DNA of 64,000 bases from the human T2T-CHM13v2.0 reference genome, Homo sapiens. The stretch lies in the NCBI RefSeq assembly GCF_009914755.1, contig NC_060930.1; one strand, 5' to 3'. Under the pieces are notes generated by a model. That model made no database searches and was not told the DNA's origin. It saw only the letters and a program-made list of their open reading frames with translations. Shown here piece by piece: positions 28,225-43,669 of this stretch. How positions within the stretch are numbered: the stretch's first letter is position 1; each line of letters opens with the position of its first letter. Made by a program: the position numbers and the translations under genes.

Positions 28225-28590
28225 GGCCCCCACCATCACTCTGCCATCCTAGCCCCACCATCACTCTGATGCCCCACCCCCAGCCTGTCCCACCATTACT
28301 CTGCTGTCCCAGCCCCAGCCTGTCCCCATCATCACTGATGCTCCAGTCCCAGCCTGTCCCCACCATCACTCTGCTGTCCCAGCCTGTCCCCATCATCACT
28401 CTGATGCTCCAGCCCCAGCCTGTCCCATCATTAATCTGCTGTCCCAGCCCCAGCCTGTCCCCACGATCACTCTGCTGTCCCAGCCTGTCCCCACCATCGC
28501 TCTGATGATCCAGTCTCAGCTTCTCCCCCACCATCACTTTGATCTCCCAGCCTCATCCTGTCCCCACCACACTCTGATGTCCCAGTCCAA
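28225..28590. repeat. C-rich minisatellite, ~30-36-nt unit (CCCAGCCCCAGCCTGTCCCCACCATCACTCTG[A/C]TG), about 10 degenerate copies
   Basis: Directly visible tandem units. Confidence 0.92.
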
Positions 28591-29229
28591 TATCCCTGCG
28601 GTGCAGCTTGTGCCTTATATCGCCAGACACTTGACAACTTGTTTTAAAATGATGCAGAAGAGAATCAACACTCTCCAATTCTGTAATGACAATTGTTTTT
28701 GAGACAAAGTCAGTGCAGTAAATGAAATACAGACAGGGAAGTTAACACATGATTGTGAAATATGTGGTTGGAATTGCTCAGTCAAAATATAATTTGGTTT
28801 CTTTTTATTGCTTTCTTTTCTATGGTATTTTACAATACTATTTAAGGGAGAAGTTTTTGGTGGGGATGGGAGACTGGAGGCACAGCCATTGCCGTTAGCT
28901 TCATCCTACTTCTCAATGCTGCCTCCTGATCTCCCCTCTCTCGTGGAAGGGGGCTGACTGCTTCCCTCAAAGGTGGCCAGAAGGCCTGGAACCTAGTGTT
29001 TGCAATGGCCTGACTCTGAGTGCAGCTTTTTGTGTGTGTGCTCAGACACAGGTGTTTGTGTCTCTGTGTGAGTGTAGGGAGAGGGGGAAGGAGGGAGATG
29101 CGCAGAACTCATCATCCCTCCTGCAGCAAACTGAATTCTCTCACTCATGACACCCAGACGATGACAAGCAAGTGGAGCAGGAAAGAACCCGTTTCAAATA
29201 TGTCGCAGGAGTTTGATCTAAAGGAATCA

Positions 29230-30330
<1,101 letters not shown>

Positions 30331-30497
30331 GTGGGAGGGGGGATTCACTGATCTTCAGGCTCCGCAGGAGGAGCAAAGAAAGAGAAAAGGGAACAGTGGA
30401 GTAGGGGGTAGAAGGTGGAATTTAAAGGACAGATGGACAAATTAGCCTTGGAGATAAGGAAAGATTGTCTGTCATAGAGATAACCACCAAGAAGAAG

Positions 30498-30695
30498 ATG
30501 ATGGATGGAGGGATAGGTGGATGGATGAATGGCTAGATGGTGGATAAATTGATGGAGGGATAGATGGAGAGATGAATGGATGGAAGGATGGATGGAAGGA
30601 GGGATAGATGGAGGGATGGAAAATGAAGGAATGGATTGAGGGATGAACAGATAAATGGACAGATAGATGGATGGATGCATGGATAGATAGATGGA
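30498..30695. repeat. Degenerate (GGAT/GATA)n simple repeat
   Basis: Directly visible. Confidence 0.92.
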
Positions 30696-31359
30696 AATGT
30701 AGATAATCTTTGGAACCAGAATGATAGGAACTGTACAAGAAAGTATCATTAGCAAATTGAATTATTAGTCTCATTTTTCCCTCCACTCATACAACAAAAG
30801 AAGAAAAAACAGTGAGTAAAAGTATTCACTTGAATGAGCAACCTCAAGGCCTTTCAAAGAATCTGGTAGACTTTGCTGGAAACAATTTAATCAGCAGCCT
30901 GAGACATGGGAACGGGGTGTGTGGGGCTCTGCTGGGAAGTGCTTGACAGCATGTGCCGCAGTCCTCCAGGGGAGGGGGCATTCTCATATCAGCAGCCATG
31001 AGGCACAGTGATCTGTGAAAGGTCACCCAGGCCTGAGGAAGCAATACATCCATTTCCTCCCCACAGGCTTCCTCTGTAACCTAGCACTCAGCCCTCTGCC
31101 CCAGCTGCTTTGTCGAAACTTATCCCTTGAAGGTCACTGATGACATATTTATTGCTAATTCAAAGGGCCTTTTCTTCCACCTTGTTCTCATCATCTCCCA
31201 TAACCTCTTCTTTACCAAAGTCATTTCAGGGACACCGCTGACCTCTTTTTGAAACTCTCTCTCTTCCCCGAGCTTCCATGACACTGCATTACTGTGATTT
31301 TCCTCCTACTCACGAGTAAAGGGTAATTCCTAGAGGATGGAAAAATAAAATTGGTAGTA

Positions 31360-31804
31360 CAGTTGATCCTTGAGCAACTTGGGGGTTAGAGGCACTAACC
31401 CACCACATAGCTGAAAATTGGAGTATAACTTTTGGCTCCCCCAAAACTTAATTATTAATAGCCTACTATAGACTAGAAACCTTACCAATAACATTCATAG
31501 TTGATTAACACATATTTTGTGTACTGTATGTGTTCTGTACTGCATTCTTACCATAAAGTAAGCTACAGAAAAGAAAATGTTATTAAGAAAATCATACAGA
31601 AGGGATAATATATTCACTATTCATTAAGTGGAAGTGGGTCATCATAAAGGTCTTCATTCTCATCTTCTTCACATTGAGGAGGCTGGGGGGTGGGGGAGGA
31701 AAACGAGGTGTTGGTCTTGCTGTCTCAGGGGTGGCAGAAGTGGAAGAAAATCTGCATATAAGTGGATTCACGCAGTCCAACTCGTGTTGTTCAAAGGTCA
31801 ACTA
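31360..31804. mobile_element. Tigger2a/MER28-like TcMar non-autonomous DNA transposon
   Basis: TIRs CAGTTGATCCTTGAGCAAC / GTTGTTCAAAGGTCAACTA with TA flanks; 445 bp. Confidence 0.88.
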
Positions 31805-32035
31805 TATAACCCAGTGAAGGATAAATTTGTTATTACACAGTTCTTACAATGGCCATAAGGTCCAGAAAAATCTGACCATCTCTCTTACTAATCTCCACTC
31901 ACCCACTGACTCCACTCCAGCCATATTGCCTTTCTTGCTGTCCTGGAGATGCACCAGGTATATTCTTGCCTTTGCTAATCCTTCTGACTGGTGCACTCTT
32001 AGCCTTGATATTCTCATAGCTGACTCTTTCCCCTC

Positions 32036-32841
32036 TGTAAAGTGTGTTTACTATTATTCACTACTTGAGAATATTGAATTCTGCTCTAAAAGATGAGAAA
32101 AACAATGGGGTGGATGAAATTTCTAAGATTTGTTAAATATAGTATGTACCTTATAAGACATGTTAAAGAGAGATATAATGAATGAGATATAGGATTTGTA
32201 AACCACAAAATAATCAAGAGAGCTATCTCTATAAAGAAAGGGATAGAAGAACCAATGGTAAGGTATGGATCATACCACCTCCAGGCTGACAGCTGTGTCA
32301 CCCCAAACTGCTTGCCCATGGATGATATGTATTGTGGTCCTTCCTCTGACGCCACATGTGTTCCGCCCAGCAGAATCAGAAAAAGCTCCCAGCTGCTCAA
32401 CAGGCTAATAATATGAGCCACAGCTATTGACCAGGAGTGCTTGGTGCTGAGTCTCTCTAATAAAGCAAGTGTGCATTGGCCATAGGCACCTCTGTCTGCT
32501 GAGCTCCAAGTCTGGTCATTATATCCTCACCATCGGGGGGAAGGCTAGGGGAGAGAAGGGAACACAGGAGGGGGACAAAAAGAAATAGGAAGAGTATATT
32601 AACAATGTGTAAGCCAGCATTCATATACTGTGGGTTCTACCTGCTTCTACCTCATTGCAAGTATTTCATATGTTAACTTACAGCATTTCTTTCCTCTTGC
32701 TTCTCATCATGTGTTTTAGGTTGATTTGATAATCTGCATGATTTGAACATCCTAATTTGGTCTGTGAGCCTCTGTTCCATGACAGAACAGCTTGCCTGGT
32801 ACTTGGAGATTCCCATCTTGTTGAGGTAATTTCCCAAGACA
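32036..32841. mobile_element. Probable old solo LTR inserted in an L2
   Basis: TG...CA termini, 5-bp flanks ccctc/acctc, L2 sequence interrupted on the left and resuming on the right. Confidence 0.5.
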
Positions 32842-33030
32842 ACCTCCTTCAAGTCTTTGCTTAAATGTCATCTTCTCAATGAGGCTGATGCTGAATGCCC
32901 TGCTTAAAAATGGCAGTTTTCCACTGCCAGCCCTCTTAGCCCACTGTGTTATTTTTCCTTTTTCAAATTATTTTCCAACATATATAATTTACTTGTGTAT
33001 TACAGTCATTGCTTATTGTCTGCTGATGTT

Positions 33031-33410
33031 GATGTTGGAGCTGATGTTGATTTTCCCACCTTTGTAAACTGTGAACACCTCAGCACCATACTATTTCCTT
33101 CACTCAGGCCTGGTGTGTGACAACACCACAACAAATATTTCTGAGCACCCACAGTGTTCCAGGCACTGTTCTGGGAATGTGGGCTATCACCGAATAAAAC
33201 TCCCAGAGCTTATCCTGAGATAAACTCTTCAGGTTTGTCTGTTTTATTCGATGATAGCCTACATTTCTTGAACAGTGCCTGGAACACAGTAGGCGCTCAA
33301 AAATATTTGTTGTGGTGGTGTCACACACCAGCCCTGAGTGAAGGAAATGACATAGTGATGAGGTGCTCACAGTTTATGAAGATGGGAAAATCAACATCAA
33401 CTCCAACGCC
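33031..33410. repeat. Inverted duplication, 170-nt arms, 40-nt spacer, partly L2-derived
   Basis: 33031-33200 vs reverse complement of 33241-33410: 147/170 identical, ungapped (hand aligned). Confidence 0.95.
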
Positions 33411-34049
33411 AAGCAACAACAGTGATGAAAAGTTTACACTGCATAGCCCCAGGAAAGGTGGAACAAACCATGGGTAATTTCAGTACAAAAGACAGGAATA
33501 AAAGGAAACCCTAATAACCATCTTTGGACATATGGTAAAAATGTTTAATGTTTCTTGTCTCTCATTTCTAGCAGACTTATAAAAAATAGATTTTTAATTG
33601 GTGTTATCAGATTAATTTCTAATAAACATTATTTTCTAAACTGAAGATTGCAAATTCCACTGCTTAGAGGGGCTAAGCAAATAATTAAGAGAAGAAAGAA
33701 GAGGGTAAAAGAATAGGGCATGATGTGGATACTGGTGAACTGGAAAATCCAGACCCCGTTCATGAGAATAACTCCTCCTTGGCTTCAGCCAAGAGTCGAG
33801 ACTCAGGAATGTAGGCCTGATGTTGCCACATCTTTTTGTTCAAGAATGTTCAGAAATCCAAATTCTTCCCCCCGCAAACTTTCCAATTTTTAAAACTTGA
33901 GCCAAACAAAATACATTATTTTGGCCTTCCAATTGATGACCGCTGGGTTGTATTCAAGGCCCCTGCCCTCTGTTGTCAGCTTCCTTTTTTAGCCTGCATC
34001 ACTCTCCTTTCTCAACATAGGTCTTCCTCTCCTTGTAGCCATCTTTATC

Positions 34050-34415
34050 TGATTAGTCAGTTCAGGCTTCTATAACAAATGATTGCAGACTGGTGGCTTC
34101 AAAACAAACATTTATTTATTGCAGTTCTAGAGGGTGGGAAGTCCAAGATCAATATGCTGGAGGATCTGGTGTCAGGTGACGGCCTGCATCCTGGTTTGCA
34201 GATGGCGGTCTTCTCATTGTATCCTCATATGGCAAAGAGTTGGAGCAGGGGGTGGAGGATGGTGCTAGCTCTTCTTATAAGAACACTAATCCCATAATGA
34301 AGGCTCCAACCTCCTGACATAATTACTTCGCAAATGCTCCCTCTCCCAATACCATTACATTAGGGCTACGGTTTCAAATATAAATTTTGGGGGGAACAAA
34401 CATGCAGTTAATAAT
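34050..34415 (-). mobile_element. MLT1A-type solo LTR
   Basis: gcagttctagagggtgggaagtccaagatcaa...aattttggggggaacaaacatgcagt. Confidence 0.8.
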
Positions 34416-35244
34416 AAAACCCTATTCCGGCAGCACCCTTGTGCGGCCAGTGTTCCATTGAAGATTGCCGCTTTATGCCACAGAACCCATCTCATCCCAT
34501 CTCTCCAATCCTCGGTTCTTTAAATACATACAGATCAAGACCCATCATATCCTCATAATTTCTCAGACCACTCTTATCTACAGCAATGCATCTTAACAAT
34601 TTTTATGGCTTTTGGATTAAATCATCTATTGCCTTATGACATTGGACAACTTTCCTATGTACGTGTATTGTTTCCCCAACTAGATTGTAAGATTTTCAAG
34701 GGTTAGTGGCCAGTACTAGAGCACATACAGTTGTTGGTGTTAGAAAGATTGGGTTTTAATCTGGTTTTGCTATCTATTAATGTAACATTGAGTTAGTGAT
34801 TAAACTTCTCTCAGCCTCAGTTTTTTTCTCTATAAAATGCAAATAATATTTCTCCATAGAGATGTTGCAAACTTTAAATGAAATGAATAGAACATGGACA
34901 TCTTGATGAATAAGAAAAGTACCTGGCAATTAACAACGTAATTGTTTTTATTTCTGTAAAAATTCTTACTGCTTTTCATCCCCTGTGATGCTTTGTGTAA
35001 GTTTTTGCCCAACAGAATATTTATAATAAGCATATGTTGTTTTCTGATTCATATAAGAGAACGTTGTCTTTGCTACAATAAGGGCATTTTATGCCTGGAT
35101 TTAATGTTTGGAAATCTCCAACATAGATTTGAAGAGCACACATATCTCTGATGATTCAATAACAATTTTGCGCATAAACAGGACAGTAAGACAGAGAAAA
35201 CTTTCAGAATTTCCTTCATTCTTGTAATTAGAGTTTATCTAAAA

Positions 35245-35470
35245 CACTGGTTCTCAAATGGAGGAAGAGGGGAGTTTGCTCCCCAGAGGACATTCAGCAA
35301 TGTCTGGACACATTTTTGGATGTCACAACTGAAGGACGTTACTAGCACTGAGCGGATAGAGAGAGGCCAGGGATTCTGCTAAATATCCTACCATAAGAAG
35401 AACAGCTCCCTGCCCCCTAAAAAAAGAATTATTTGGCCCAAGATGTCATTATCGCCAAGGCTGAAAAACC
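35245..35470. mobile_element. MER20 (hAT-Charlie) fossil
   Basis: tggttctcaa...ccccagaggacattcagcaatgtctggacacatttttggatgtcacaactg. Confidence 0.85.
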
Positions 35471-36899
35471 GATCACCATTCCTAAGATCTCTCCCATCCC
35501 AGAACTCCCTGCTAAGTCAAATTAATTAGACTGAGGAGAGAGCAAGTTGGTGACGGACCTGAAGAATAGCCCACGTAAGTGGTGGCTGGTCAGTGCAGAG
35601 TCAAGCCGCCAGCTCTGGAAGATCTCTTCCCAGCTTGCAGACTTCTGGAAGCGCTGAACTGGAGGCAGCCTTCTCGTTTCCATCACAGGAAGCCATTGCT
35701 GTCAATGTGTGTCTGAATACCGTTTATTCCCTTCTTGAGTAATTTCACTTATTTCCCTACACAATGTAAACATGGAAACCAACATTAATGACCTCTTTGA
35801 AGGATATTGAAAAAAATCAGTTTTGAATGCAAGCTGGGAATTATGCTAATGTAAGACTTACTTAAAGGGACTAGAAAACTTTGTAAATGTAAATTCATTC
35901 TCATAGTTTCCCAAAGAGACAACTGCTTTCATAAGAAGGTCAAATGTCTGTCTTGCACTCACACATCGAGGCTGTGAATAAATGTGGTTATAGCACTGGT
36001 TTCCTCCCTCGGAAACTTCCTACATCAGCAGCTTGGTTCTTTTCTTTAGTTAAATATGATCTAGTTGGAGGTGAAGTGTTTTTCTTTTTGCTTTTACTTT
36101 CTTTTTAAATTGCTTTCCCTCCCTCAATTTCTCCAGCCCTTTTTTCATCTTTTACTTCATTGCTTTCTCTCATACTTTATTCCTTCCTTTCTTTACAGTT
36201 GTAGGAACAAGAAGAAAAATTCTCAGTTATGTTTGCTTTCCAGGCCTCTATTCATTAATACCTGGGCTTTAAAAGAGGTTTTTTTTCTCTTCTCTTTTAT
36301 AACATCATGCTGCCATCCTGTGGCAAATTTAAATATTCAGCTAGTCAAAGAAATGCAGCGTTCAAAAATCACTTAAATACCTGAAAATACACAACCATGC
36401 AGTTGGAGCCTCAGTCGACCAAGAGTGGATGCCATCTAACATTGTGATTTAAATCCCAAGGCCCAAAGCTATATTTCTCTTTTCCCTGAAGGCTGTGATT
36501 TCTCCCAGGAAGGAGGCATACTTTATTTCCAAACTGAGTATAGAAAAATCCAAGTATAGAACAAATTTGGTACGTAGGCCTATGGCATGTTTGAGGTCCT
36601 GAGAAGGAACTTCTGTGGTTTTGAGTGTTTAGAGTGATTTTCTCTCAAGTCGCTGGTGCAGATTCAAGATCTGCTATATTAACATGAGGGAACTGCCCAG
36701 GTCAGTCGTGGCGTTGATGTCAACCTACATGAGTAGCCAAAAGTCAAATACTTTGGGAAAGACAGAACACAACACAAAAAAGTTAGGGTGATTATTTTTA
36801 AAGATCAAAATAGTATTTGCTCAATAAACAAAGCAAATGTCTATTCCATTCTTGTAGCGGGGGTGTGTATCCTCACAAAATGCACAGTTGATATTTAAT

Positions 36900-37480
36900 A
36901 AAAGTTCTCAACCATCTGGATTCCTCAAATGATGCTAGACCTCAAACCCAGCAGGTCCAAGATGGAATTCATTCATCCACTTTCTCATTACCAGCCCCCA
37001 CATATCACCACACTCACAAGTGTGCACTCACACTCACACACACACCCTATGTCAGGAAATGGCATTACCACCACCCAGCTCCTCAAAGCAAAACTCTAGG
37101 TGGCCTCCCTGAAACTACCCCCCACCCACCCCACAATCCAGCACTAAGTCCCTTTAACTTTGCCTCTTAATCTCCTCCTTCCTGTCCCCTTCATCCCAGC
37201 CTCATTGCTGTAACCCTAGTCCAAGTGACCAACATCTCTGGCCTAGTTTAGAAGCCTCCTTTCCCATCCTGCCTCCCTACACACACAGACACAAACATAT
37301 GCACATACACACACACAGACATACACAACATAGTCTCCACACTGCAGCCAGAAGATCTCTTTAAAATACAGATCTGACCACGTTACTGTCTTTAAGTCCT
37401 TCAAGAGCCTCCCTTGTCCTCAGATTAAAGTCCAAAACCTCTACCCTGGCCCTGAATCCCTGTCTGCCTCCCCAGCCCCT
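36900..37480 (+). mobile_element. L2 remnant with CA-rich insertions
   Basis: ctccacactgcagccagaagatctctttaaaatacagatctgaccacgttact. Confidence 0.65.
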
Positions 37481-37923
37481 TTTGCCCCATCTATATTTGG
37501 TTATTTAAAGCAATCTCTATTTTCCCTGTTACGAGAAGGTAGACGTTATGGACATTGTGTTTGCTACATAGTTAATGCATTGACTTAACCTACCTCTACA
37601 CATAGCTTTGAGCAAACGTGAGAGAATAGAATATTAGCATGAGGAAGACAATTGGCTCACTGCCCCAGGTTCCAGGTAAGCACCAGACCCAGCGAGCCTG
37701 GGGCACTTGCTGAAGGTCCCTTAGCTGGTCTAATGGCAGACGTGGAATTAAAGTCCAGTTATTCCAACAACCAACTCTGAGCACTCTCTGTGGTATAAGG
37801 AGGGGTGGGACGGGTGTTTCCTTTGGCGCACATGTTGAAGTGAATAAGGGTTGGGGAATTGGGTGCAAGTCTGGTTCTCAGTGCTTTCATTAGCCTGAAT
37901 CACCTGCTGTTTCCCTCTGCTTG

Positions 37924-38220
<297 letters not shown>

Positions 38221-39425
38221 TAACTCTGAGTTCTGTGGCACTCTTTGTTTAGAAACCCTAAACAGTTCGATTCTATGATTGTGTCGTTTTAGGGTGACCA
38301 TTACAGAGTGGTTTTGATATGCTCCAGAGAAAGGAAAGAGAAAGAAAACTAATGTTGTTATTCCCAGAGTTCACAGCCATTCTAAAACATTTGTTACTCT
38401 CCGCAGTCCAAAGATGAGGAAACTTCCTACTTCTCTGGACCAAAATATCCTCATCTTGGACTGGGGAGAGCAACAGATGTTTTTAGATACCAATCTTGAT
38501 CTCCAGGGAGTGTGTGTCAGACCTCACAGATGGAATGAGGGGCTCTTAGGAGACATTGCTGGGAGTGGGAGACTATCTGATTTTTGCTATTGAATTTGGT
38601 CTTGGGAATTGGCTAAAAGCAGAATTTTCCATTCCCCATCACAGGCAGAAGCACAAACCATAAGCTGGACCAAAATTATACAAACTTTTGTTAGGATTCT
38701 AGAAACTCTGTACTATGCTAATTTTTGTTATCTGTATTATATTTGTTACTTGTCTTACATATTTGTGATAAGCAATAATTCCTTTAAAATCAAAAGGACC
38801 TAATGACTTATCTTCTGAGATGACTAGGAAGGGAGGGAACGTGGGGAAGGAGGGGACCTGGCCCTCAAGGGACAGTAAAGATAAGGAGGACTGAGTCACC
38901 GGAGCCTGCTGTAAAGGAAGAACGAAAGAGCCTAGAGGTATGTGCTTGAAAAGAGGCCCTGGGCTGAGTAAGAAGCAGAAAAGCTGTATGAAGTTCTCTG
39001 ACAGGTGCAGGGCTGATGAGGGAGTCACTGTGGTTCACACCTGGGTGGGAACAACTAATATACCTTTCAAAACCTTCTTCCCATAAAAGAAGAGTTGGTG
39101 GATGCCAAGTTTGCTATATGAATGGCATGCTGACTAAAAAGGGCCAGGTTCATCTGAGAGCATGACTGTTCCTGTTCAGGGCCACCTGGACAGTGGTCCG
39201 AGGCATCTGATAAATGTGCAGGAACATGTCACTTATTCTTCACTCATTCTTCTCCTCTAAAACCGAGGACTAGTAGCCACCAGTCTGGGCAACTGGTACA
39301 AAGGTGAGTCACAGTCATCAAAAGCCGTAGGCTGTATTCCGCACATTAATCTTTTACCCGCTGTGTTGCATTTATCATGCACCATACATTTAAGGGAAGT
39401 CATTTTTGAGGCACGCCAGTGTTAA

Positions 39426-39899
<474 letters not shown>

Positions 39900-39949
39900 C
39901 AGTATCAACCTTTCTACCACACCACCTTCCAAGAAAAATCAAAGCTTTG

Positions 39950-41335
39950 GTCAACACCACTCTGCCTCTCCACTTTAGATAAACTCCCTTGCATCCACCC
40001 TCAATGTCTACACCGCTTTCTCCCTTCCTCATGCTTGCCTGGCAAAACCCAATCCTGGTTAAATCAACCTTCTGTCACTCTGTGCCTGCATCTCTGCAGC
40101 TGCACATGGCTGGAAAAACCACCCAACCATGGACAACTGGACTTATTTTAAATTCTTGAGAGCCAATGCCTAAGGTTCTCTTAGGCCCCTGGAGGACCTC
40201 AGGCAGTTCTAACTTATTTCCCTGGTCAGCTCACTTTTCTGCCCTTTTAAATGACGCTCCTACAGCTCCTCCTCTCTCTCCAGTCTTCCATCACATTCTC
40301 CCCTTGCTTACCCTCAGCTGAGCATATTGCTTGTCATTTCGCTAAGAAAGAAGTTGCCAGAAATTTCACACACTGCCCCCTCCACCTGCATCTGTGCCCA
40401 AATAACTTGCCTTTCCTCCATTACTCTGGATGAATAGTGCATGAGCTAATAATTTGGTTTTTGAGACAGGGTCTCACTATGTTGCCCAGCCTGAGCTCAA
40501 GTGATCTCCCACCTGAGACTCCCAAGTAGCTGGGATTATAGGCACAAGCCACTGTTCCCGGCATGAGCCAATGAATCTAAAGCCAACTGGTACCTGTCCC
40601 TCCCTTTTCACCTGCTGGAGAATACCATGATCTTTTTATCGCATCTATTATTAATGCCCCCCACCTCCTGGATCAGTCCCATCAGCATACACACACGTTG
40701 TACAATCTCCCAAGTCACACACACACACCCCCTTCTGAAACCCACTTTTGCCTCCAGCTGTTACCCCATTTCCCTTCTTCCTTTTACAGCAAAACTCCCC
40801 AAGTGGGTTTTTAACACTCTGTGATCTCCACTTCCCCTCTTCTCATGCTCTCTTGAACCCACTATAGTCGAGTTTTTTCCAGACCAATCCACTGAAACGG
40901 TTCTTGTCAAAGTCAGCAACCTGCACGTTGCTATGCTCAATGGCCAGTTCATGGTTTCCTTCATGTTGGACCTACCAGCATCATCTGCTGTTCATCTCTG
41001 CCTGCATGAAATACTTATTTCACTTGGCTTATAGGTTATAACTTCCTTTTAGCTCTTCTCTGAACTTACCGGCCTCTCCTTCTTGGTATTCATTGGGATT
41101 CATCCTCATAGAGCTGACTTCTGGAGGTGGGAGGGGCCCAGGGCACCATCCTCTGACCTCTGTCATTCTCAAACTACATTCACTTCCTATATGAACTTAG
41201 CAGATCTCACAGTTTTCAGTGTCACTACAGGCATGCAACTCCCACAGTGCTCTCTCCAACCTGCACATCTCCACTGAATTCCATACTCCTGACTCTGCCT
41301 GCTGGACATCTCTGATGGGCCATATATCACAAGTT
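39950..41335 (+). mobile_element. L2 ORF2-region remnant, interrupted by an Alu monomer at 40455-40563 (-)
   Basis: ggcaaaacccaatcctggttaaatcaacc; ccactgaaacggttcttgtcaaagtcagcaacctgcacgttgct. Confidence 0.75.
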
Positions 41336-41384
41336 GTTCTGTGTTTGGCCACCAAAAGCTACCTGTGAGTGAAGCCCAGCTCTT

Positions 41385-41932
41385 CCACTCAGCAGACATA
41401 TGTGCAGAAAAGACTTGCCATATAAGGTCTGACTTCTAGCTTTAGAAAGGCCTTCCTGCAAGATTAACCTCTGGCTGGCATCTGGGAACTTGGATTCCAG
41501 GAAGGACCTCTCCACTTTCAGAAATAAGAGTTGATCACTATGCCTAAAGTGTGCGAACAACATGACTTATGCTCAACAACTTTCCTTCTGGGAGTGTGAA
41601 ATTTTGACATTTGGGCAGAGGGTGCCTACATGGCCAGCCCCCAGTTGAAAACCCTGGGTGCTGAGTCTCTAGTGAGCTCCCCTGATAGCCACCTTTTCAC
41701 ACGTTGTCACCACTCATTACTGGGGTAATTAAATGTGCCCTGCGTGAGTGCCCTCAGAAGCACGTGCCTGCTTTCTCCTGAACTGCTCCCCCTGCACCTT
41801 TTCCCTTTGCTTATTTTGCTTTGTATCTGTCGCCGTAATAAATCATAGCCATAAGTATAACTGTGTGCTGAGTCCTGCAAGTCCTCCTAGCAAATCATGA
41901 ATCTGGGGGTGGCCTCAGGGATGCCAAACACA
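41385..41932 (+). mobile_element. Solo LTR, MER21/LTR47-like
   Basis: cagagggtgcctacatggccagcccccagttgaaaaccctgggtgctgagtctctagtgagc; AATAAA; 3' end gagtcctgcaagtcctcctagcaaatca. Confidence 0.7.
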
Positions 41933-41934
41933 TC

Positions 41935-42095
41935 TGAGCAGGTCACTGCAGCTTTCTGTGCCTTGGTTTCCTCATCTGTAAAGTCGGAATAATAATCGCG
42001 CCCAACTAAGCTGTTGTAAGGATTAAATGAGTTAATATATGTAAAGAATTTAGAACTGTGCCTGGCCCGGAGTAAACACCCAATAAATATTACAT
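41935..42095 (+). mobile_element. MIR
   Basis: tctgtgccttggtttcctcatctgtaaag...gttgtaaggattaaatgagttaatatatgtaaag. Confidence 0.85.
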
Positions 42096-42237
42096 TATCT
42101 CAAACACAAATGTTCAAGAACATTTGTTAGATAATACAGGAGCTTGGGTAAGAACCTGAATTTCCCTGTCTTACTATGGAAGTTACACTTTTGTCATCTG
42201 TCAACCATTTAAGCTACTTGGGGTTCTACATTTAAAC

Positions 42238-42640
42238 ACTAATATTTTTTGGATGTCCGTCCCCTCCAAATCTCATGTTGAATTGTGATTCCCAGTGTTG
42301 GAGGTGGAGCCTGGTGGGAGATGATTGAATCATGTGGGTGGATCCTTCATGAATGGCTAAGCACTGTCTTTTTGGTGATAAATGTGTTTATGCTCAGTTA
42401 GTTCACACGATGTCTTGTTGTTTAAAAGCCTGGGACCTGCTCCCACTCCTGCCATCTGACACACCTACTCCGCCTTCACCTTCTGCCATGATTGTAACTT
42501 CCTGAGGCCCCAACAGAAGCAGATGCTTTCACCATGCTGCCTGTACACCCTGCAGAACCATGAGCCAATTAAACCTCTTTTATTAAAATAAATTATCCAG
42601 TCTCAGGTATTTCTTTATAGTAATGCAAACGGACTAACAC
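42238..42640 (+). mobile_element. MSTB-type MaLR solo LTR
   Basis: ttggatgtccgtcccctccaaatctcatgttgaattgtgattcccagtgttggaggtgg...ggactaacac. Confidence 0.85.
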
Positions 42641-43669
42641 GAATACGTTCATCTACCTGGGATGATTCAACTCTGTAAGCCATGTATTGGTTTATCTATA
42701 GAAAAAAGTGGTTAGAAGTACATCAGTCAGTTTGTTTTCCTGAATAGTCACATAAATACCTGACAAAAATCAGCTAGAATATAATTACAGGGCATTTTAT
42801 TGGCTATTATCTATAACATTTTTATTCCACAAGGGCTTGATGAAGGGTAGAGACAGTTGTTTGAAACGTACACCTTTCACAGCCTACGTCTTCACTTAGC
42901 AAGCGTTTGTGAAGGCTGCTTTGTGCAACGCTCTATAAAGGCACAATGTTGCTGAGAAAAATCAGTATCTCAGACAGCGACTATCATGGGTTTTGCTACT
43001 TCGCCACAGGAGCCACCTGCCAGACGCCACTTATAGATACCAGACAGCTTCTTCCAGACTTCAGGAAATTCTAGACTAGACTTCTAGGTCATTTCTCAGA
43101 CACACACATTCACAACAAGGAAGTGAGGCTCATTAATCATCATGAAGTTCGCATCGCTGTGCCCTACTTATCTCTGTCAGGTCTTTCTCCAGGTCTGTCT
43201 TGTCTTCTTGGCCAAGGCCAGGCCTGTCACAATCTACACGACCCATCTTCTCCCTTCTCTGTGTAAACATTTGTAACTCCACCCCTCCTTGATGCCCATC
43301 TGTGATTGGGGGAGCAGGTTAGTACTGCCCAAGCAGATTCAAAACTTATTTTCCAGGGAAACTGTGAATATGTCATTTGTTCCTGCCTCTCAAATAAGGA
43401 AAATCAATTCATGAAGTTCCCCTTACCCTGGCTTCCCTCTTCCCTGTCCGTGGTAGCTCAGTGCGCAGAATCTGGGCTCTGAAATCAGTCTTTGTGGGAG
43501 CACTTCAGCCCTTTGTGATCAGTAAGGGGAGACTGGGAAATGGGGATAGGAGGACAGGGGCCAACACCTGTGGATCTCCTTGTTTACAGAACGTCAGGGT
43601 GATCTTATCTGAAGAAGGAAACCGCTACTGAGGTGTATGTTTACAATATAGCATTTTGAGTAATAAATC

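Noticed and set aside
28032-28537. Repetitive 157-aa and 124-aa ORFs; array superficially CRISPR-like
   Set aside because: Units are contiguous with no unique spacers, no cas genes, primate context; it is a minisatellite
33421-33530. AGTGATGA box-C-like motif
   Set aside because: No box D (CTGA) with terminal stem at a suitable distance; not a supportable snoRNA
35520-35720. Non-repeat segment with a strong donor-like CAC|GTAAGT near 35574
   Set aside because: No convincing acceptor, promoter or ORF to pair with it; exon or enhancer status cannot be supported from sequence alone
42880-43060. TATA-like CTATAAAG in mildly CpG-containing unique DNA
   Set aside because: Single short motif, no CpG island or downstream exon
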